DNA from: Candidatus Levyibacteriota bacterium
GTDB lineage: Bacteria; Patescibacteriota; Microgenomatia; Levybacterales; UBA12049
DNA: 64,000 bases
Reading direction: 5' to 3'
Assembly: GCA_027334565.1 (NCBI GenBank)
Contig: DAHWUP010000004.1
Location: 15,138 to 79,137, forward strand
Numbering within the stretch: position 1 is the stretch's first letter; each line of letters opens with the position of its first letter. Positions 49,995-61,068 of the stretch are shown here, one piece after another. Made by a program: the position numbers and the translations under genes. The notes below the pieces were generated by a model. It worked only from the letters and a program-made list of their open reading frames with translations, did no database searches and was not told the origin of the DNA.

Positions 49995-50928
49995 CTCTCA
50001 ATAAAAACCATCTTATTCTATCTGCAATCTTGAAAACGGCATAGAGTTTCTCATTGATCACGAGGTCGTAACTTCCTACATATTCCACGTGTCTTGGCCC
50101 GTATCCTTGTTTAAACCGATGGAAACCAAAATAGATATCATCCGGTTTAGGATCGGCTACGTTGGCGGCACCCCACATATCAAACTTTTTTAACCCCATT
50201 TTTTTGCCGAATCTGATCACTTCCCACATCATTAGGTTTGAGGCCATCACCTCGCGGTTTTCGCTGGTAGAAGCCCCATAAGGGTAATATAGAGTGTCGT
50301 CCAAAACAAAAAGTAGCCATGCAGTCAGTACTTTGCCTTGGTAAGTTGCCAAGAAAAGGTGAGGAGAAAAATTATCAGCACCTTTATTTTGCGTGTTCTT
50401 AAATGTTTCCCACATTAGCCGATGGTATGAAGGGGTATGTGCGTAGAACCTCTGGCGCCTGGTAGTTTCTTCGGTCAATTTCAGATACTCGTTAAACCCA
50501 TCATCACTATTATCTTCAGTTACCTTAACTCCTTTTTTTTGTGCAAGGCGGATGTTATACCTTGTTTTAGGCTGCATATTCTTAAGCAGTTCATCTTCCG
50601 ACTGCGTCAGATCCAAAATGAAATTATATCTGGTAAAAAGAGGATGAGCAGAGGTTTTAAGATTTTTGAAATTATATTTTGTTTTCCCCTTTTCGACATT
50701 CGGTTCCAGCTGTATAAAAATACAATTTTCCTTTTTACCGATTTCCCAAAGTTTGTCGAGCATTTTTTTATTGATATTGGGACCTTTGGGGAGGTAACCA
50801 ATGGTATAGGAGGTATGCAAAACGGGATGGATGGTCAAGATCAATCCGCCGGCGTTTATTACCCGAAGGCCTGTGTTGGCCCGAAATTCTCCCCACAGTC
50901 TGGTTTGAAGCGGATGTTGGCTTGTCAT
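49987..50928 (-). CDS. FemAB-family peptidoglycan peptidyltransferase (aminoacyl-tRNA dependent)
   Basis: 313 aa with overall FemA/MurM-like pattern (LW..F....G....AGGL..; ..YYP.GAS..). Confidence 0.55.
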   Translation of the reverse strand: MTSQHPLQTRLWGEFRANTGLRVINAGGLILTIHPVLHTSYTIGYLPKGPNINKKMLDKLWEIGKKENCIFIQLEPNVEKGKTKYNFKNLKTSAHPLFTRYNFILDLTQSEDELLKNMQPKTRYNIRLAQKKGVKVTEDNSDDGFNEYLKLTEETTRRQRFYAHTPSYHRLMWETFKNTQNKGADNFSPHLFLATYQGKVLTAWLLFVLDDTLYYPYGASTSENREVMASNLMMWEVIRFGKKMGLKKFDMWGAANVADPKPDDIYFGFHRFKQGYGPRHVEYVGSYDLVINEKLYAVFKIADRIRWFLLRVK

Positions 50929-52802
50929 AAATAATCGGGAATATCTGTCTGCATATTATTCAGACTTTTTTCTAAAGTTTGTTCCGGTAATTCAAGTATA
51001 AACCTTGAGACGACGTTTGTCGTTTTTTGGCCGAAAAACAAACGTTTCCTCGAATAAGTAAGGAACAATCTCTCTTTCGCCCTGGTCATTCCGACATAGC
51101 AAAGTCTTCTTTCCTCTTCAAGTTCGTTTTTATCCATCATGCTCCGGCTGTGGGGAAACAGACCCTCCTCCATGCCGACCATGAAAACGACCGGGAATTC
51201 CAACCCCTTGGCCGCATGAAGGGTCATTAAATTGACCGTATCCTTTTTACCGGTTTCATCCTTGGCATGATCGGGCATATACTCCTGTTCGACCAACGAA
51301 ACGTTTTCTAAAAATAAATTCAAGGCGGGAAAAGTGAGCGCAACGGACCTTAGTTCTTTTATGTTCTCAAGTCTTGCCAAATCTTCCTCGTCATGCTCAT
51401 CGTATAACGACAGATACTCGGTTTTTTTCAGAACCCCGTCTAAAATATCAATCGTTTTCTCTCCGTAGATATTTTTGCTCTCTAATTCCTTTTTAACTTC
51501 CAAAAACTTCTCAAGTCTTGTCTTGCCGATCTTTTCGATTCTTTTTAATGAAACTTTGTCTTTAGGGTTCGCCAATACTTTTAAGTACGCAAGAACATCC
51601 TTGATTTCCTTCCTTTCGTAAAACCTGGTTCCGCCGATCAAAATGTAGGGAATGGAGTTATGGATAAACACCTCTTCGATGGTTCTTGACTGTGCGTTGG
51701 TCCTATAAAGTACGGCAAAGTCGGAATAGCTTAAGCGCGGGTTCTGGTACTTGATCTCGTTGATCATTTCAAAAATATATTCAGCCTCTTTCTGTTCGTT
51801 CAAGGATTCGTGGATGAAGACGTCTTCGCCTTTTTTATTTTCCGTCCAAAGCTTCAGGACGGGATGAGAATTATTCCTGGAAATCACCGCCGACGCGGCG
51901 TCTAAAATCCTTTGGGTGGATCGGTAGTTCTGAGACAGGGAGAAAGTCTTAACATTGCTAAAATCCTCTTTAAATTTTGAAAGGTTTAAAAAATCTGCTC
52001 CGCGGAAACTGTAAATGCTTTGAGAAAAATCTCCGACGACACAAATATTATTCCATCGTTTGGAAAGCATTTTGGTCAACAGGTACTGGGCATGATTGGT
52101 ATCCTGGTATTCGTCCACCAGAATATATTTGAATTTATTCTGGTATTTCTCTAAAATTCCGGGATTTTTCCTTAATAATTCCACCACTTTTAAGATCAGG
52201 TCGTCGAAATCCAAAGCTGCATTTTCTTTTAATATTTTTTGGTAAATAAGATATACCCTCGAAACTACTTCCTGAAATTGCCCTCTGGCGTATTGTGGGT
52301 ATTCCAGCTCATTGATCAGTTCGTTTTTGGCTTGTGAGATATTTGCCAAGACCGAGTTGGGTTTGTATTCCTTGGCCGACACATTAAGCAAATTGAAAGC
52401 CTCTTTAACCGCGTCTTTTTGATCCTGTTCATCGTAGATTAAATAATTGCCCGGGATACCGATATGCTCACCGTCGATTCTTAATATCTTGGCGCATAAA
52501 GCATGAAAAGTAGAAATGGTAGGAAGTTCGGAAATCTTTTTATCTTCTTTCTTGAAGAACTTAATCATTCTTTCCTTCATCTCGTTGGCCGCCTTATTTG
52601 TGAAAGTTACCATCAGTATGTTAGAAGGGTCCACACCCTGTTCTATAAGATAGATCACCTTATAGGTCAATACTCTGGTTTTACCGCTTCCGGCACCTGC
52701 CAAAATGATCATCGGGCCGTTCATTTGTTTTACCGCTTCAAGCTGTTCTTTATTTAAGTCCTTGAGAAAATCGGCGTTCATACCGTATAATGATAGCATC
52801 AC
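50925..52802 (-). CDS. UvrD/PcrA-family ATP-dependent DNA helicase
   Basis: LNKEQLEAV..GPMIILAGAGSGKTRVLT, VDEYQDTN, QNYRST motifs. Confidence 0.85.
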   Translation of the reverse strand: MMLSLYGMNADFLKDLNKEQLEAVKQMNGPMIILAGAGSGKTRVLTYKVIYLIEQGVDPSNILMVTFTNKAANEMKERMIKFFKKEDKKISELPTISTFHALCAKILRIDGEHIGIPGNYLIYDEQDQKDAVKEAFNLLNVSAKEYKPNSVLANISQAKNELINELEYPQYARGQFQEVVSRVYLIYQKILKENAALDFDDLILKVVELLRKNPGILEKYQNKFKYILVDEYQDTNHAQYLLTKMLSKRWNNICVVGDFSQSIYSFRGADFLNLSKFKEDFSNVKTFSLSQNYRSTQRILDAASAVISRNNSHPVLKLWTENKKGEDVFIHESLNEQKEAEYIFEMINEIKYQNPRLSYSDFAVLYRTNAQSRTIEEVFIHNSIPYILIGGTRFYERKEIKDVLAYLKVLANPKDKVSLKRIEKIGKTRLEKFLEVKKELESKNIYGEKTIDILDGVLKKTEYLSLYDEHDEEDLARLENIKELRSVALTFPALNLFLENVSLVEQEYMPDHAKDETGKKDTVNLMTLHAAKGLEFPVVFMVGMEEGLFPHSRSMMDKNELEEERRLCYVGMTRAKERLFLTYSRKRLFFGQKTTNVVSRFILELPEQTLEKSLNNMQTDIPDYL

Positions 52803-52809
52803 CTAAGGC

Positions 52810-53490
52810 GTGACTCAACCCATGAAAAAGCTTTCCATCGTCGCCAATATCAAGTCATACAAAAATGAGGTTGAGGCTAAAGAATGGTTGGAAAACTTTA
52901 AAAAAATCAAGGACCTAAATTTAAACCCGTCGGATAAGGAGGTAATCGTTTGCCCCTCTTTTACCCAACTTTTCAGCTTCCACTCATTTTTCTCTTCCAA
53001 TATTATTACGGCTTATATTGGTGCCCAGAACGTATCTCCTTTTGAGGAAGGGGCGTATACGGGTGAGGTAAACGCCAAACAGATTAAGGATTTCGCAAAA
53101 TATGTCCTGATAGGACACTCGGAGAGAAGAAAGAATTTCGGCGAAACCGGGGACATGCTGGTAAATAAGGTTGAGGTTTCATTAAAATATGAACTTGTCC
53201 CGATTTTTCTGGTTCAGGGTAAAGACACTCCAATCCCCGATGGCGTAAAACTGATTGCCTATGAACCGGTTTTTGCAATCGGTACCGGTAATCCGGATAC
53301 ACCCCCAAACGCCAACTTTGTGTCTAAGGCCATAAAGTCCGTCCGGCCCGACACTCGGGTCCTATACGGAGGAAGCGTAACTTCTGTAAACGTTCGAAGT
53401 TTCACCGAACAACCGGATATTGACGGAGTTTTGGTAGGAGGATCAAGCCTCGATGCAGAGGAATTTATAGGGATTGTAAAAAATGCGTAG
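52810..53490 (+). CDS. tpiA: triosephosphate isomerase
   Basis: IGHSERR, YEPVFAIGTG, YGGSV motifs. Confidence 0.75.
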   Translation: MTQPMKKLSIVANIKSYKNEVEAKEWLENFKKIKDLNLNPSDKEVIVCPSFTQLFSFHSFFSSNIITAYIGAQNVSPFEEGAYTGEVNAKQIKDFAKYVLIGHSERRKNFGETGDMLVNKVEVSLKYELVPIFLVQGKDTPIPDGVKLIAYEPVFAIGTGNPDTPPNANFVSKAIKSVRPDTRVLYGGSVTSVNVRSFTEQPDIDGVLVGGSSLDAEEFIGIVKNA

Positions 53491-54595
53491 ACCCAAGAAA
53501 AGATTTTTATATTTGGTCGGTACAATATTTGCGATTTTGGTAATTTTTTTCGTGGTTAAAACAGCTAGTATATACCCCGTATTGTTTCAACTGGTTACAA
53601 ATACGGGCATAAACGTTAAGGAAAGCAATGGAAGGATTAACATACTGCTTTTGGGAATAGGAGGCGGAACTCACGACGGACCGGATTTGACGGATACGAT
53701 AATGCTTGCAAGTCTTGATCAAAAAGACAACAGAATTACCCTTATTTCCATTCCGAGAGATCTTTGGTATCCGCCTATTAACCAGAAAATCAACGATGCT
53801 TATGCTAACGGGGTGATAAACGGACAGGGAGGATTAAATGAAGCCGAGTCGGCCGTCTCTAAAATCACCGGGCAGCAAATCGACTACGGAGTAAGAATTG
53901 ATTTTTCTGGATTTGTTCAGGCAGTGAATATTGTGGGAGGTTTGGATATAAACGTCGACAACACCTTTGACGACTATCAATATCCGATAGACGGAATGGA
54001 AAACGCAACCTGCGGGCATACGCCGGCCGAGCTTGAGGCAATGGCAAATGATACCCAGGACCAGCTTGTAAAAGATTTCCCCTGTAGGTATATGCACGTG
54101 CATTTTAATAAGGGGTTACAGCATATGGACGGACAAACGGCTCTTGAGTACGTAAGGTCAAGACATGCGGTTCAAGAGATAGAGGCAAGCGATTTTGCCA
54201 GAAGCAAGAGACAGGAGAAAGTGATAAAAGCATTTAAGGATAAGGTATTATCCGTACAAACTCTCCTAAATCCGGAGAAAATCATCAGTTTATATAGTAC
54301 GCTTAGATCCAGTATCGATATGAACATACCCCAAGACCAATTCGATGACTTCATAAGACTTGCCGAGAAGATGAAAAATGCAAAAATCCATACCGCTGTG
54401 ATCGATACGGGAGACCCCTCAACCAATAGGGCGGGTCTTTTGACAAACCCCCCGACCTCAAGTGCCTTCCAGTATGAATGGGTGCTTACTCCAAGAGCCG
54501 GAAATGGGAACTTTTCGGAGATACAAAATTATATTTCCTGCGAAATAGAAACCGGCAGTTGTCCGGTAACCCCTTCGCCCACGCCTAAACCTTAA
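53483..54595 (+). CDS. LytR-CpsA-Psr (LCP) family protein
   Basis: N-terminal TM, NILLLGIGGG..DTIMLASLD...ISIPRDLW. Confidence 0.7.
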   Translation: MRRPKKRFLYLVGTIFAILVIFFVVKTASIYPVLFQLVTNTGINVKESNGRINILLLGIGGGTHDGPDLTDTIMLASLDQKDNRITLISIPRDLWYPPINQKINDAYANGVINGQGGLNEAESAVSKITGQQIDYGVRIDFSGFVQAVNIVGGLDINVDNTFDDYQYPIDGMENATCGHTPAELEAMANDTQDQLVKDFPCRYMHVHFNKGLQHMDGQTALEYVRSRHAVQEIEASDFARSKRQEKVIKAFKDKVLSVQTLLNPEKIISLYSTLRSSIDMNIPQDQFDDFIRLAEKMKNAKIHTAVIDTGDPSTNRAGLLTNPPTSSAFQYEWVLTPRAGNGNFSEIQNYISCEIETGSCPVTPSPTPKP

Positions 54596-56712
54596 GGATT
54601 TATTTTATAAAGAGTTGCCCTATTATTATTGTAAACCACTTTCCCTAAAACATTGAATTTATTTTGATCAAGATTGGGATATTTTTGATATTCAAGGCTT
54701 GAAACAACTACATAAGCAATGTTGTATTCTTTGATCAAATTTTTTGCCACGGCGAGGTTATTTGTTGTGTATAAGGTTTGGACGTCGGCTATTCTGGGAG
54801 CGACGATGTCATAGGTTCCCCGCCAAAGCCATTCGTGAACAGGCCAGCCGATAACTGTGGGCAGGCCGGTGTTGGCTGAAATCCGTGCGTACTGGGTATA
54901 CGAATCTCCGTTCGCTTCAAGCACAACCGGCTGGCCCTTTATATTGGCGTTCATCCAGTTGATCAAACTATAGTCCTCGGGGTAAGTTTGTCTAAGGTAA
55001 GAAAGCCCGTCCAATGATTTGTAAGTTTTTAAGTTATTGTAATATGAATTTATTGCAAAAAACGGGTAGATAAAAATAAAGAATGAAAGAAACAACGTAC
55101 CGGCAAAAAAGATCGCTTTTACTATTTTACTTTTAAGCGTAATCATCAGTTTTACAATTATGTAAGCGGAGGACAGAGAAAGCATCATAAAGGCTTGGTA
55201 AACCAGCTTAAACATCGTATTTGCACGGTAATACGTAGGATAAATGTCTTTTACATAAATAAATTCGGGGACGACTATCAAAATTGTAGATAGGCTTAGC
55301 AAGGTTAAAATAAAAATATCGGAGGGAGTAGGTTTATACCTTTTCTTAATCAGTAAGAAAACTATAAAACAAATAGCAAGAAAATAAAAAAACCCATAAA
55401 GTAAGCTCAATTGCCAAAGCGGAGATTTTTGACAATGATTCGCTTCAAAAAGAAAAGGACCGATCTTGCCTATTCTTGTCAGGAAACCGGGAGCACACAG
55501 TATGCCGATCCCCGATACAAAAGGTTTAAAGTTTAAGCTGAAAGGTAGGGAAAAAACCAGTAATCCGACGAAAACGGCCGCAATTTTTTTGATGAAGTCA
55601 GATAATGAAACGGTAGAGAAGATGCTTTTCCATCCGCCTTTTAAATGATTGAGGGAAAAAATGACCGCCCCGCTTAATAGCAGATAAATTAAACCGTCCC
55701 AGGCATTGGTCATGTACATTACCGCCAGTAAGAATGAAATAATAAATATATGCCAAGTTCGAATCCGTTTCTCAAAAATGATCGACAGCGCCATAGCGAT
55801 CATCAATAGTACGAATGGAATGTCTAAAACATGGCCGTGCAGGTCGGAGACGACAAAAGAATAGATCGGAAACTCGTGAATCGTAAAAGGGATAAATCTG
55901 GTTGCGTTCGGATACCAGTAATTATTGGGGAAATCAAACGGCTTAAAAGGCAGTGTCCAAAATGGAACGGGACTGTCTTGTGGTATATAAGCCTTGAAAA
56001 AGGCATAAACAGTCGTAAGGTTTCCTCCGAAGGTTAGCAGAGCCGCAGTTAAAAAGCCTGCTGCGATTTGGATCAGTTTGGATTTAATTTCCGGAAACAG
56101 GTTCATACCGATCGAGAAGGCAGAGGAAAAACTCAGTGCAAAAATGGTTGCGAGCATCAAATTAAAACTGATATAAGAGGGGATTTGGGTAAGTTTGGTA
56201 ACAACAGCCGTGACAAGATGTCCGAAATAATAATAATTAATCGGAAGAGGGGTATACCACATATCTTTAGGCGGAAAGTAAGTACTCCTGAGGATAGAAT
56301 TAAGAAATCCGAAATCCATAAATTTTTCCAGGCCAAAAATGTCCGGATTATTCGCTCTCACAAAAGACCAGAAAAAAAGCGTAATCAAAAATAAAAGCTC
56401 TTCAAATATAAAGATTTTCCAATTGTTTCTGATCGTTTGTATGATATTTTTGTTTCTAGACAAGTAATAATTCAATAAAGCCAATATCATAAGTGAACCG
56501 ACAATCGTCGGGAACGAGAAGGGAAGCACCTTTAAAAGCCCGAGAACGAATACGACGTAGGATAATATAGCCATGCCGAGTATCTTTGAAAAAACATAAC
56601 CTTTATCTTTAAAACTGCTGAATAATGAAAAGGTTGTAGGCAGGAAAGCGCTACCGATCAGAAGCAATGCAAAAAACCATATTAAAACACTTAGAATATC
56701 GTGAACATTCAT
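54592..56712 (-). CDS. large polytopic membrane protein (putative GT-C-fold glycosyltransferase / DUF2298-like)
   Basis: 706 aa, more than 12 TM helices, loop region with NPDIFGLEKFMDFGF. Confidence 0.4.
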   Translation of the reverse strand: MNVHDILSVLIWFFALLLIGSAFLPTTFSLFSSFKDKGYVFSKILGMAILSYVVFVLGLLKVLPFSFPTIVGSLMILALLNYYLSRNKNIIQTIRNNWKIFIFEELLFLITLFFWSFVRANNPDIFGLEKFMDFGFLNSILRSTYFPPKDMWYTPLPINYYYFGHLVTAVVTKLTQIPSYISFNLMLATIFALSFSSAFSIGMNLFPEIKSKLIQIAAGFLTAALLTFGGNLTTVYAFFKAYIPQDSPVPFWTLPFKPFDFPNNYWYPNATRFIPFTIHEFPIYSFVVSDLHGHVLDIPFVLLMIAMALSIIFEKRIRTWHIFIISFLLAVMYMTNAWDGLIYLLLSGAVIFSLNHLKGGWKSIFSTVSLSDFIKKIAAVFVGLLVFSLPFSLNFKPFVSGIGILCAPGFLTRIGKIGPFLFEANHCQKSPLWQLSLLYGFFYFLAICFIVFLLIKKRYKPTPSDIFILTLLSLSTILIVVPEFIYVKDIYPTYYRANTMFKLVYQAFMMLSLSSAYIIVKLMITLKSKIVKAIFFAGTLFLSFFIFIYPFFAINSYYNNLKTYKSLDGLSYLRQTYPEDYSLINWMNANIKGQPVVLEANGDSYTQYARISANTGLPTVIGWPVHEWLWRGTYDIVAPRIADVQTLYTTNNLAVAKNLIKEYNIAYVVVSSLEYQKYPNLDQNKFNVLGKVVYNNNRATLYKINP

Positions 56713-58232
56713 AAATTATTCCAATAATTATACGAACATGGAAAAGCGAAATCTATATTATACAATTTAAAAGCATTAATCATTTTGAAGTCATTGTTTG
56801 GGTCGGGAAACATCCAATCGCATTGGCCCGATAAAATATACCCTTTTGCGGATTTAATCTTTCCCGATCTGTATCTGGCCGCCAGAAGGTATTCCATATT
56901 GTATGCAATTCCTTCGTTTCCGGCAAGATGTTTGTCAAGCGCATAGAAAGTAAGATTGAAAACTTTGGTCTGTCCCCATAATTTGATCGAGATCGGATCC
57001 AATGAATAAAATAACCGTACCACCAGGATGGTCGCAAAGAAGATAAAGAATAAAGTTTTTCCCGTGATGCCAAATCTCCCGGTGATCTTATCGATAGCCC
57101 ATGCAGTTCCGATTAACAGAGGTATAATAACGGGTAATGCGTAACGAGGCACCGTGAACGTCTGAAAACTTAAGACCATTACCACATACAATACGGAAAA
57201 GATAATAAAAGTCAGCAATGCTTTGGTGTTTTGTTCTCCGAGGTAGATTTTTTTAATTGCGTATCCCAAATTTCGATACAAATAGAGAATCAAACCCACG
57301 ATGAACAGCCCCCAAAATATCCAGATGAAGTTTAAGAAAAATAGTTGCGTCCAACTTTGAAAGGCATAGTCGTTCAAGAATTTAAAAGTTATCAGGTTGT
57401 TCAGGATGGTATAAAAACTACCCTCACGCGCTGTGGAAGAAAAGTTCCAGTCGTTCCAAGCTTTTTGCCCGCTCATCGCCAGGGATAACCCCCACAAGGA
57501 GTAGATAATTAGCGGTAAAATCAGATACAAGCCTTTAATTATCGACAAGGTCGCATTTCCGGTTTTTTTAACGATTGTTCTTAGGTAAGAGAAACCCTCT
57601 ATAATCATTACGGAAAAAGGAAGAAGAAGTGCGGTTTCTTTTGTCAAGACGGTTACACTCGCGAAAAGACCGTAAAGAACATAATCTCCTCTTGAGTAAT
57701 AATAAATCGAAATAACTATTAATACGGTCATCAGGTAATCCGTAAGGGAAAATACCCCTGCCGATAAAAACATCGGAGACACCGATAGGAGCAATGATGC
57801 AAAGAAAGCGGTTTTTTTATTTAATATGCTTTTACTTAATTTAAAGAGATAGATTATGCCCAAAAGCCCGAAGATATAACCGAGTATGTTGTAGGTCGCT
57901 GGGTTAACCCCGAACATCCGGAAGAAAATCGAGTCGGCAATGAACTTAAAAGGCGGATGGACCGATTTCCATTGCATGAAATAATTGCCGATCCCGCCCG
58001 CATAAACATCGTAGGACATGTTAAACTGGATATTTCCGTCAAGATAGGGAAGCGTGCTTACAAACGGCAGATAGAGAATTGAAAAAATAATTAGCGGGAG
58101 TAAAATAAGAATACTTATTCCGAACATCGGTTTATTGGCAAGCGTATTTGGCATTTTAGCCTCCGGAGCACGTTTTCCCCGTGCTATATAGTATTGTATT
58201 TCCGTTTGCGTAAACCTTTTTAAAGTTGTCAT
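56709..58232 (-). CDS. GT-C glycosyltransferase, ArnT/PMT (GT39/GT83) family
   Basis: 507 aa polytopic. N-terminal loop with ..DG....FNMSYDV..G and the general PMT_2-like organisation. Confidence 0.55.
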   Translation of the reverse strand: MTTLKRFTQTEIQYYIARGKRAPEAKMPNTLANKPMFGISILILLPLIIFSILYLPFVSTLPYLDGNIQFNMSYDVYAGGIGNYFMQWKSVHPPFKFIADSIFFRMFGVNPATYNILGYIFGLLGIIYLFKLSKSILNKKTAFFASLLLSVSPMFLSAGVFSLTDYLMTVLIVISIYYYSRGDYVLYGLFASVTVLTKETALLLPFSVMIIEGFSYLRTIVKKTGNATLSIIKGLYLILPLIIYSLWGLSLAMSGQKAWNDWNFSSTAREGSFYTILNNLITFKFLNDYAFQSWTQLFFLNFIWIFWGLFIVGLILYLYRNLGYAIKKIYLGEQNTKALLTFIIFSVLYVVMVLSFQTFTVPRYALPVIIPLLIGTAWAIDKITGRFGITGKTLFFIFFATILVVRLFYSLDPISIKLWGQTKVFNLTFYALDKHLAGNEGIAYNMEYLLAARYRSGKIKSAKGYILSGQCDWMFPDPNNDFKMINAFKLYNIDFAFPCSYNYWNNL

Positions 58233-59790
58233 CGAAAATTTGTTTATTTACGGTAGCATCCGATGACAGCGGATTAATTTCTATATAGTTAATTTTGTTG
58301 ACAACAAGATTATGACAAAGGAAATCTAAATTATTTGAGTCCAGCATGGCTTTTCTTAGATCGTCGCGTGAAGTGGTATCGTAACCCTGTGACCAGGCAA
58401 AATAAGGCCAGCCCAAAAATATTTTTCGGCCTGCCAAAGATGCCTCGTCGTAAAGATAATTGGTGTTTAGAAAAACGGAATTTGGGGGAGTATTGCGCAT
58501 GATCCAGGACACATTTTTGCTTACGGGATAGTCTGCCAGAGGAATAAAATGGTCGTTGAAAATAGGAAAAAAATCTATCATTCCCGATAATATCATGAAA
58601 ATTACCAGATAGAAGGATAGGGTCTTTAAATAAATATTCTTCCCCCAAAGCTTAACTATTAATAAAGCGGATAACATATTACCAACCAGAATGAAGTAAT
58701 TAAAAAATTTATGATTTGCCGCAACTTCCGGTGAAAACTGGAACAGGTTACCCACTAAAAAAAGACTTAAGAAAGTTAGGAATACTTTCTTCTCAAACCT
58801 GGTTGCCATAATAAACCCGACCGGTATAAGAATTAGGCTTAAACCTAGGTTTTGCCACCAGTAGTATATGAAGCTGCCTAAATTAAGATTTGTTACCAAA
58901 TATCCCAAATGGATTATTGGTTTAAATTCCGAAGCCCCCGATTGTATGTAAAGATATTGTGGTAATCCGACCAATCCGGCGACCGAAATGATAATAAATG
59001 ATATTAATCTTTTATTATGGAATAATATGAATATACAAATAAGGATAATTATTGTCATCAAGTATACCGCGATATTTAAAAAGAATGACAGCCCAAGAGC
59101 AATCCCCAATATCAGAGAATACTTTATGCCGGATTGTAAATTTTTCTCTTTCGTCTTCAAAACCAGATAAATTAAAAGCAGGGAAAATGCATAGGACAAC
59201 GCTAAATGCCTTTGGTTGGTATATATGTTTAAATTCCAAAACGCGGAAATGACCTTTCCGTCATAAGGTCCGAAAGACGGGAAAGCGGTGTTGGATATGA
59301 TGTCTTTGAAGGTGTTGACAGACAACGGATGGCTTATCAAGAAATTAATAAAATCCAGACTACTGTTAAAAAGGAAAAACAAGATGCTTAATATTCCTAT
59401 CGCCCTTGATTTAAAAACCTCTTTTGCAAAAATATAAATCATTAAAATTAAAAACATGAATCCCAGGGCTGAAGGAACATTAAAAGCATAGTCGATCCTT
59501 ATCCCGGATTTTTCCAAGAGCCCCACCAACGCATAAAACAGGAAATGGTATTTTATCGCAGGTCCGGAAAAAAGTGGATATTGTGGAGGGAAGTTGTTGC
59601 CGAAAGCAAACGACCTTATTAAAGGAATATGGCTGGCAAAATCGCTCCAAGCTTTGGTAGAAATAAGCAGGTAACCGTTGCCATAGGAAAATGTAGAGAA
59701 CATTAGCCACCAGGAAAAAATTAAAGAAAATAGAACAATCCCCAATTCCCAACGGTATTTGGCAGTGATCTTTTTTAGCTTATTCGTCAT
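58156..59790 (-). CDS. large polytopic membrane protein (putative GT-C-like)
   Basis: 544 aa, more than 10 TM helices; the 5' end overlaps the neighbouring gene by 77 nt, so the start may be further downstream. Confidence 0.4.
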   Translation of the reverse strand: MTNKLKKITAKYRWELGIVLFSLIFSWWLMFSTFSYGNGYLLISTKAWSDFASHIPLIRSFAFGNNFPPQYPLFSGPAIKYHFLFYALVGLLEKSGIRIDYAFNVPSALGFMFLILMIYIFAKEVFKSRAIGILSILFFLFNSSLDFINFLISHPLSVNTFKDIISNTAFPSFGPYDGKVISAFWNLNIYTNQRHLALSYAFSLLLIYLVLKTKEKNLQSGIKYSLILGIALGLSFFLNIAVYLMTIIILICIFILFHNKRLISFIIISVAGLVGLPQYLYIQSGASEFKPIIHLGYLVTNLNLGSFIYYWWQNLGLSLILIPVGFIMATRFEKKVFLTFLSLFLVGNLFQFSPEVAANHKFFNYFILVGNMLSALLIVKLWGKNIYLKTLSFYLVIFMILSGMIDFFPIFNDHFIPLADYPVSKNVSWIMRNTPPNSVFLNTNYLYDEASLAGRKIFLGWPYFAWSQGYDTTSRDDLRKAMLDSNNLDFLCHNLVVNKINYIEINPLSSDATVNKQIFDDNFKKVYANGNTILYSTGKTCSGG

Positions 59791-59792
59791 TG

Positions 59793-61067
59793 TTACAGCA
59801 ATCTTGCCACTTTTTCTCCTAATTCTACAGCATAATTAGTCCCTCTGTCCCAGGGATATACTTGTTCAATATTTGCAAGGAACACATTTCTTAGTGGGGT
59901 CGTAAAAGGAGGCATTAGTTTGGAGTAATTCGTTGGAATTATCGGTTGGGCAAAGGGATCTTTAAAAAACTCGATGCCGATGATATTCTTCGCGTAACCT
60001 GGATTTAATCTTTTCAAATACGGATCGAATAATTTTAAAAGCTCGTCCTTTGTCATCGCAAAATACTTATCGTCACTTTGCTTGTAATTGCCCAGATAAA
60101 TCAAGCTTTCACCGGCATAGTGTTGTTTGTCCATAAAATTGGTATGTTCAACTATGGCCATTATCGGGGAATTTCTATCACAAACATTCAACCAGTATGT
60201 GCCGTCTTTAAAAAACGGATACTTGAGTCTTAATATCAGGCTCGTTGCGCCCAAGTGTTTCAGTTGCTGTAATTTTTCGCGGTATTCGTGAGGTAACTGA
60301 GGCGAAATTTTTAAAAAAATAAATGAGGGGACGGTAACAATCACTTTATCAAATGTTTCGCTGTTTGTCTTAGAATGTTTATTCTTAAAACGTATTTGTG
60401 GTTTACCGCTTGAGGAAAGTTCAAGTACTTCGGTATCAAAATAAAATTTTCCTCCTGCCTCCTCAATTTTACTTGTCCAGGTTTTGGCGAACTCCAAAAA
60501 TCCGCCGGTGGGGTAGGATAACGAAGAGGTTCTTTTTACTACCCTTGCCCAGAACCAGGCAAGTGATATGTTATCGGCAAACTTGCCGAATTTATTCAAT
60601 AACAATGCTTCCCAAACCATTTTATATGCTCTTTTACCCATCAGTCTGGGAAGTATTGAGGTAGCATTGTATTTCTCCAGCGGTTTCCACAAGGGGTTGT
60701 ATCTTAAAAAAGCGAGCGATAAACCCATTCTCAATCTTTCCGGAAAAGTTAAAAGAGGAAATTGTAATACACTCAGCGGTGAGTCTAACTGATAAATCCG
60801 GTTTTTAACAAAGATTGAAGTCTTGGGCCTTTTGGTAATAACCTTATGGTTCAATTCTTTAGCCAGGTTAAGAACGGTTTTATCGTTTGTGAACCAATGA
60901 TGATAATGTTTTTCCATGGACCAAGTCCAATTAGGTTCCTTGTAGCCTAAAGCAAGTCCTCCCGGATTTTCATCTTTTTCGAATACGGTAACTTCATTGG
61001 ATTTTTTTGCCAACTCGTGGGCTGCGGATAAGCCCGTGAATCCGGCACCGATTATTGCAATTTTCAT
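59793..61067 (-). CDS. FAD/NAD(P)-binding oxidoreductase (amine-oxidase/desaturase-like)
   Basis: MKIAIIGAGFTGLSAAHELAKK..VTVFEKDENPGG Rossmann dinucleotide motif. Confidence 0.6.
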   Translation of the reverse strand: MKIAIIGAGFTGLSAAHELAKKSNEVTVFEKDENPGGLALGYKEPNWTWSMEKHYHHWFTNDKTVLNLAKELNHKVITKRPKTSIFVKNRIYQLDSPLSVLQFPLLTFPERLRMGLSLAFLRYNPLWKPLEKYNATSILPRLMGKRAYKMVWEALLLNKFGKFADNISLAWFWARVVKRTSSLSYPTGGFLEFAKTWTSKIEEAGGKFYFDTEVLELSSSGKPQIRFKNKHSKTNSETFDKVIVTVPSFIFLKISPQLPHEYREKLQQLKHLGATSLILRLKYPFFKDGTYWLNVCDRNSPIMAIVEHTNFMDKQHYAGESLIYLGNYKQSDDKYFAMTKDELLKLFDPYLKRLNPGYAKNIIGIEFFKDPFAQPIIPTNYSKLMPPFTTPLRNVFLANIEQVYPWDRGTNYAVELGEKVARLL

Positions 61068-61068
61068 A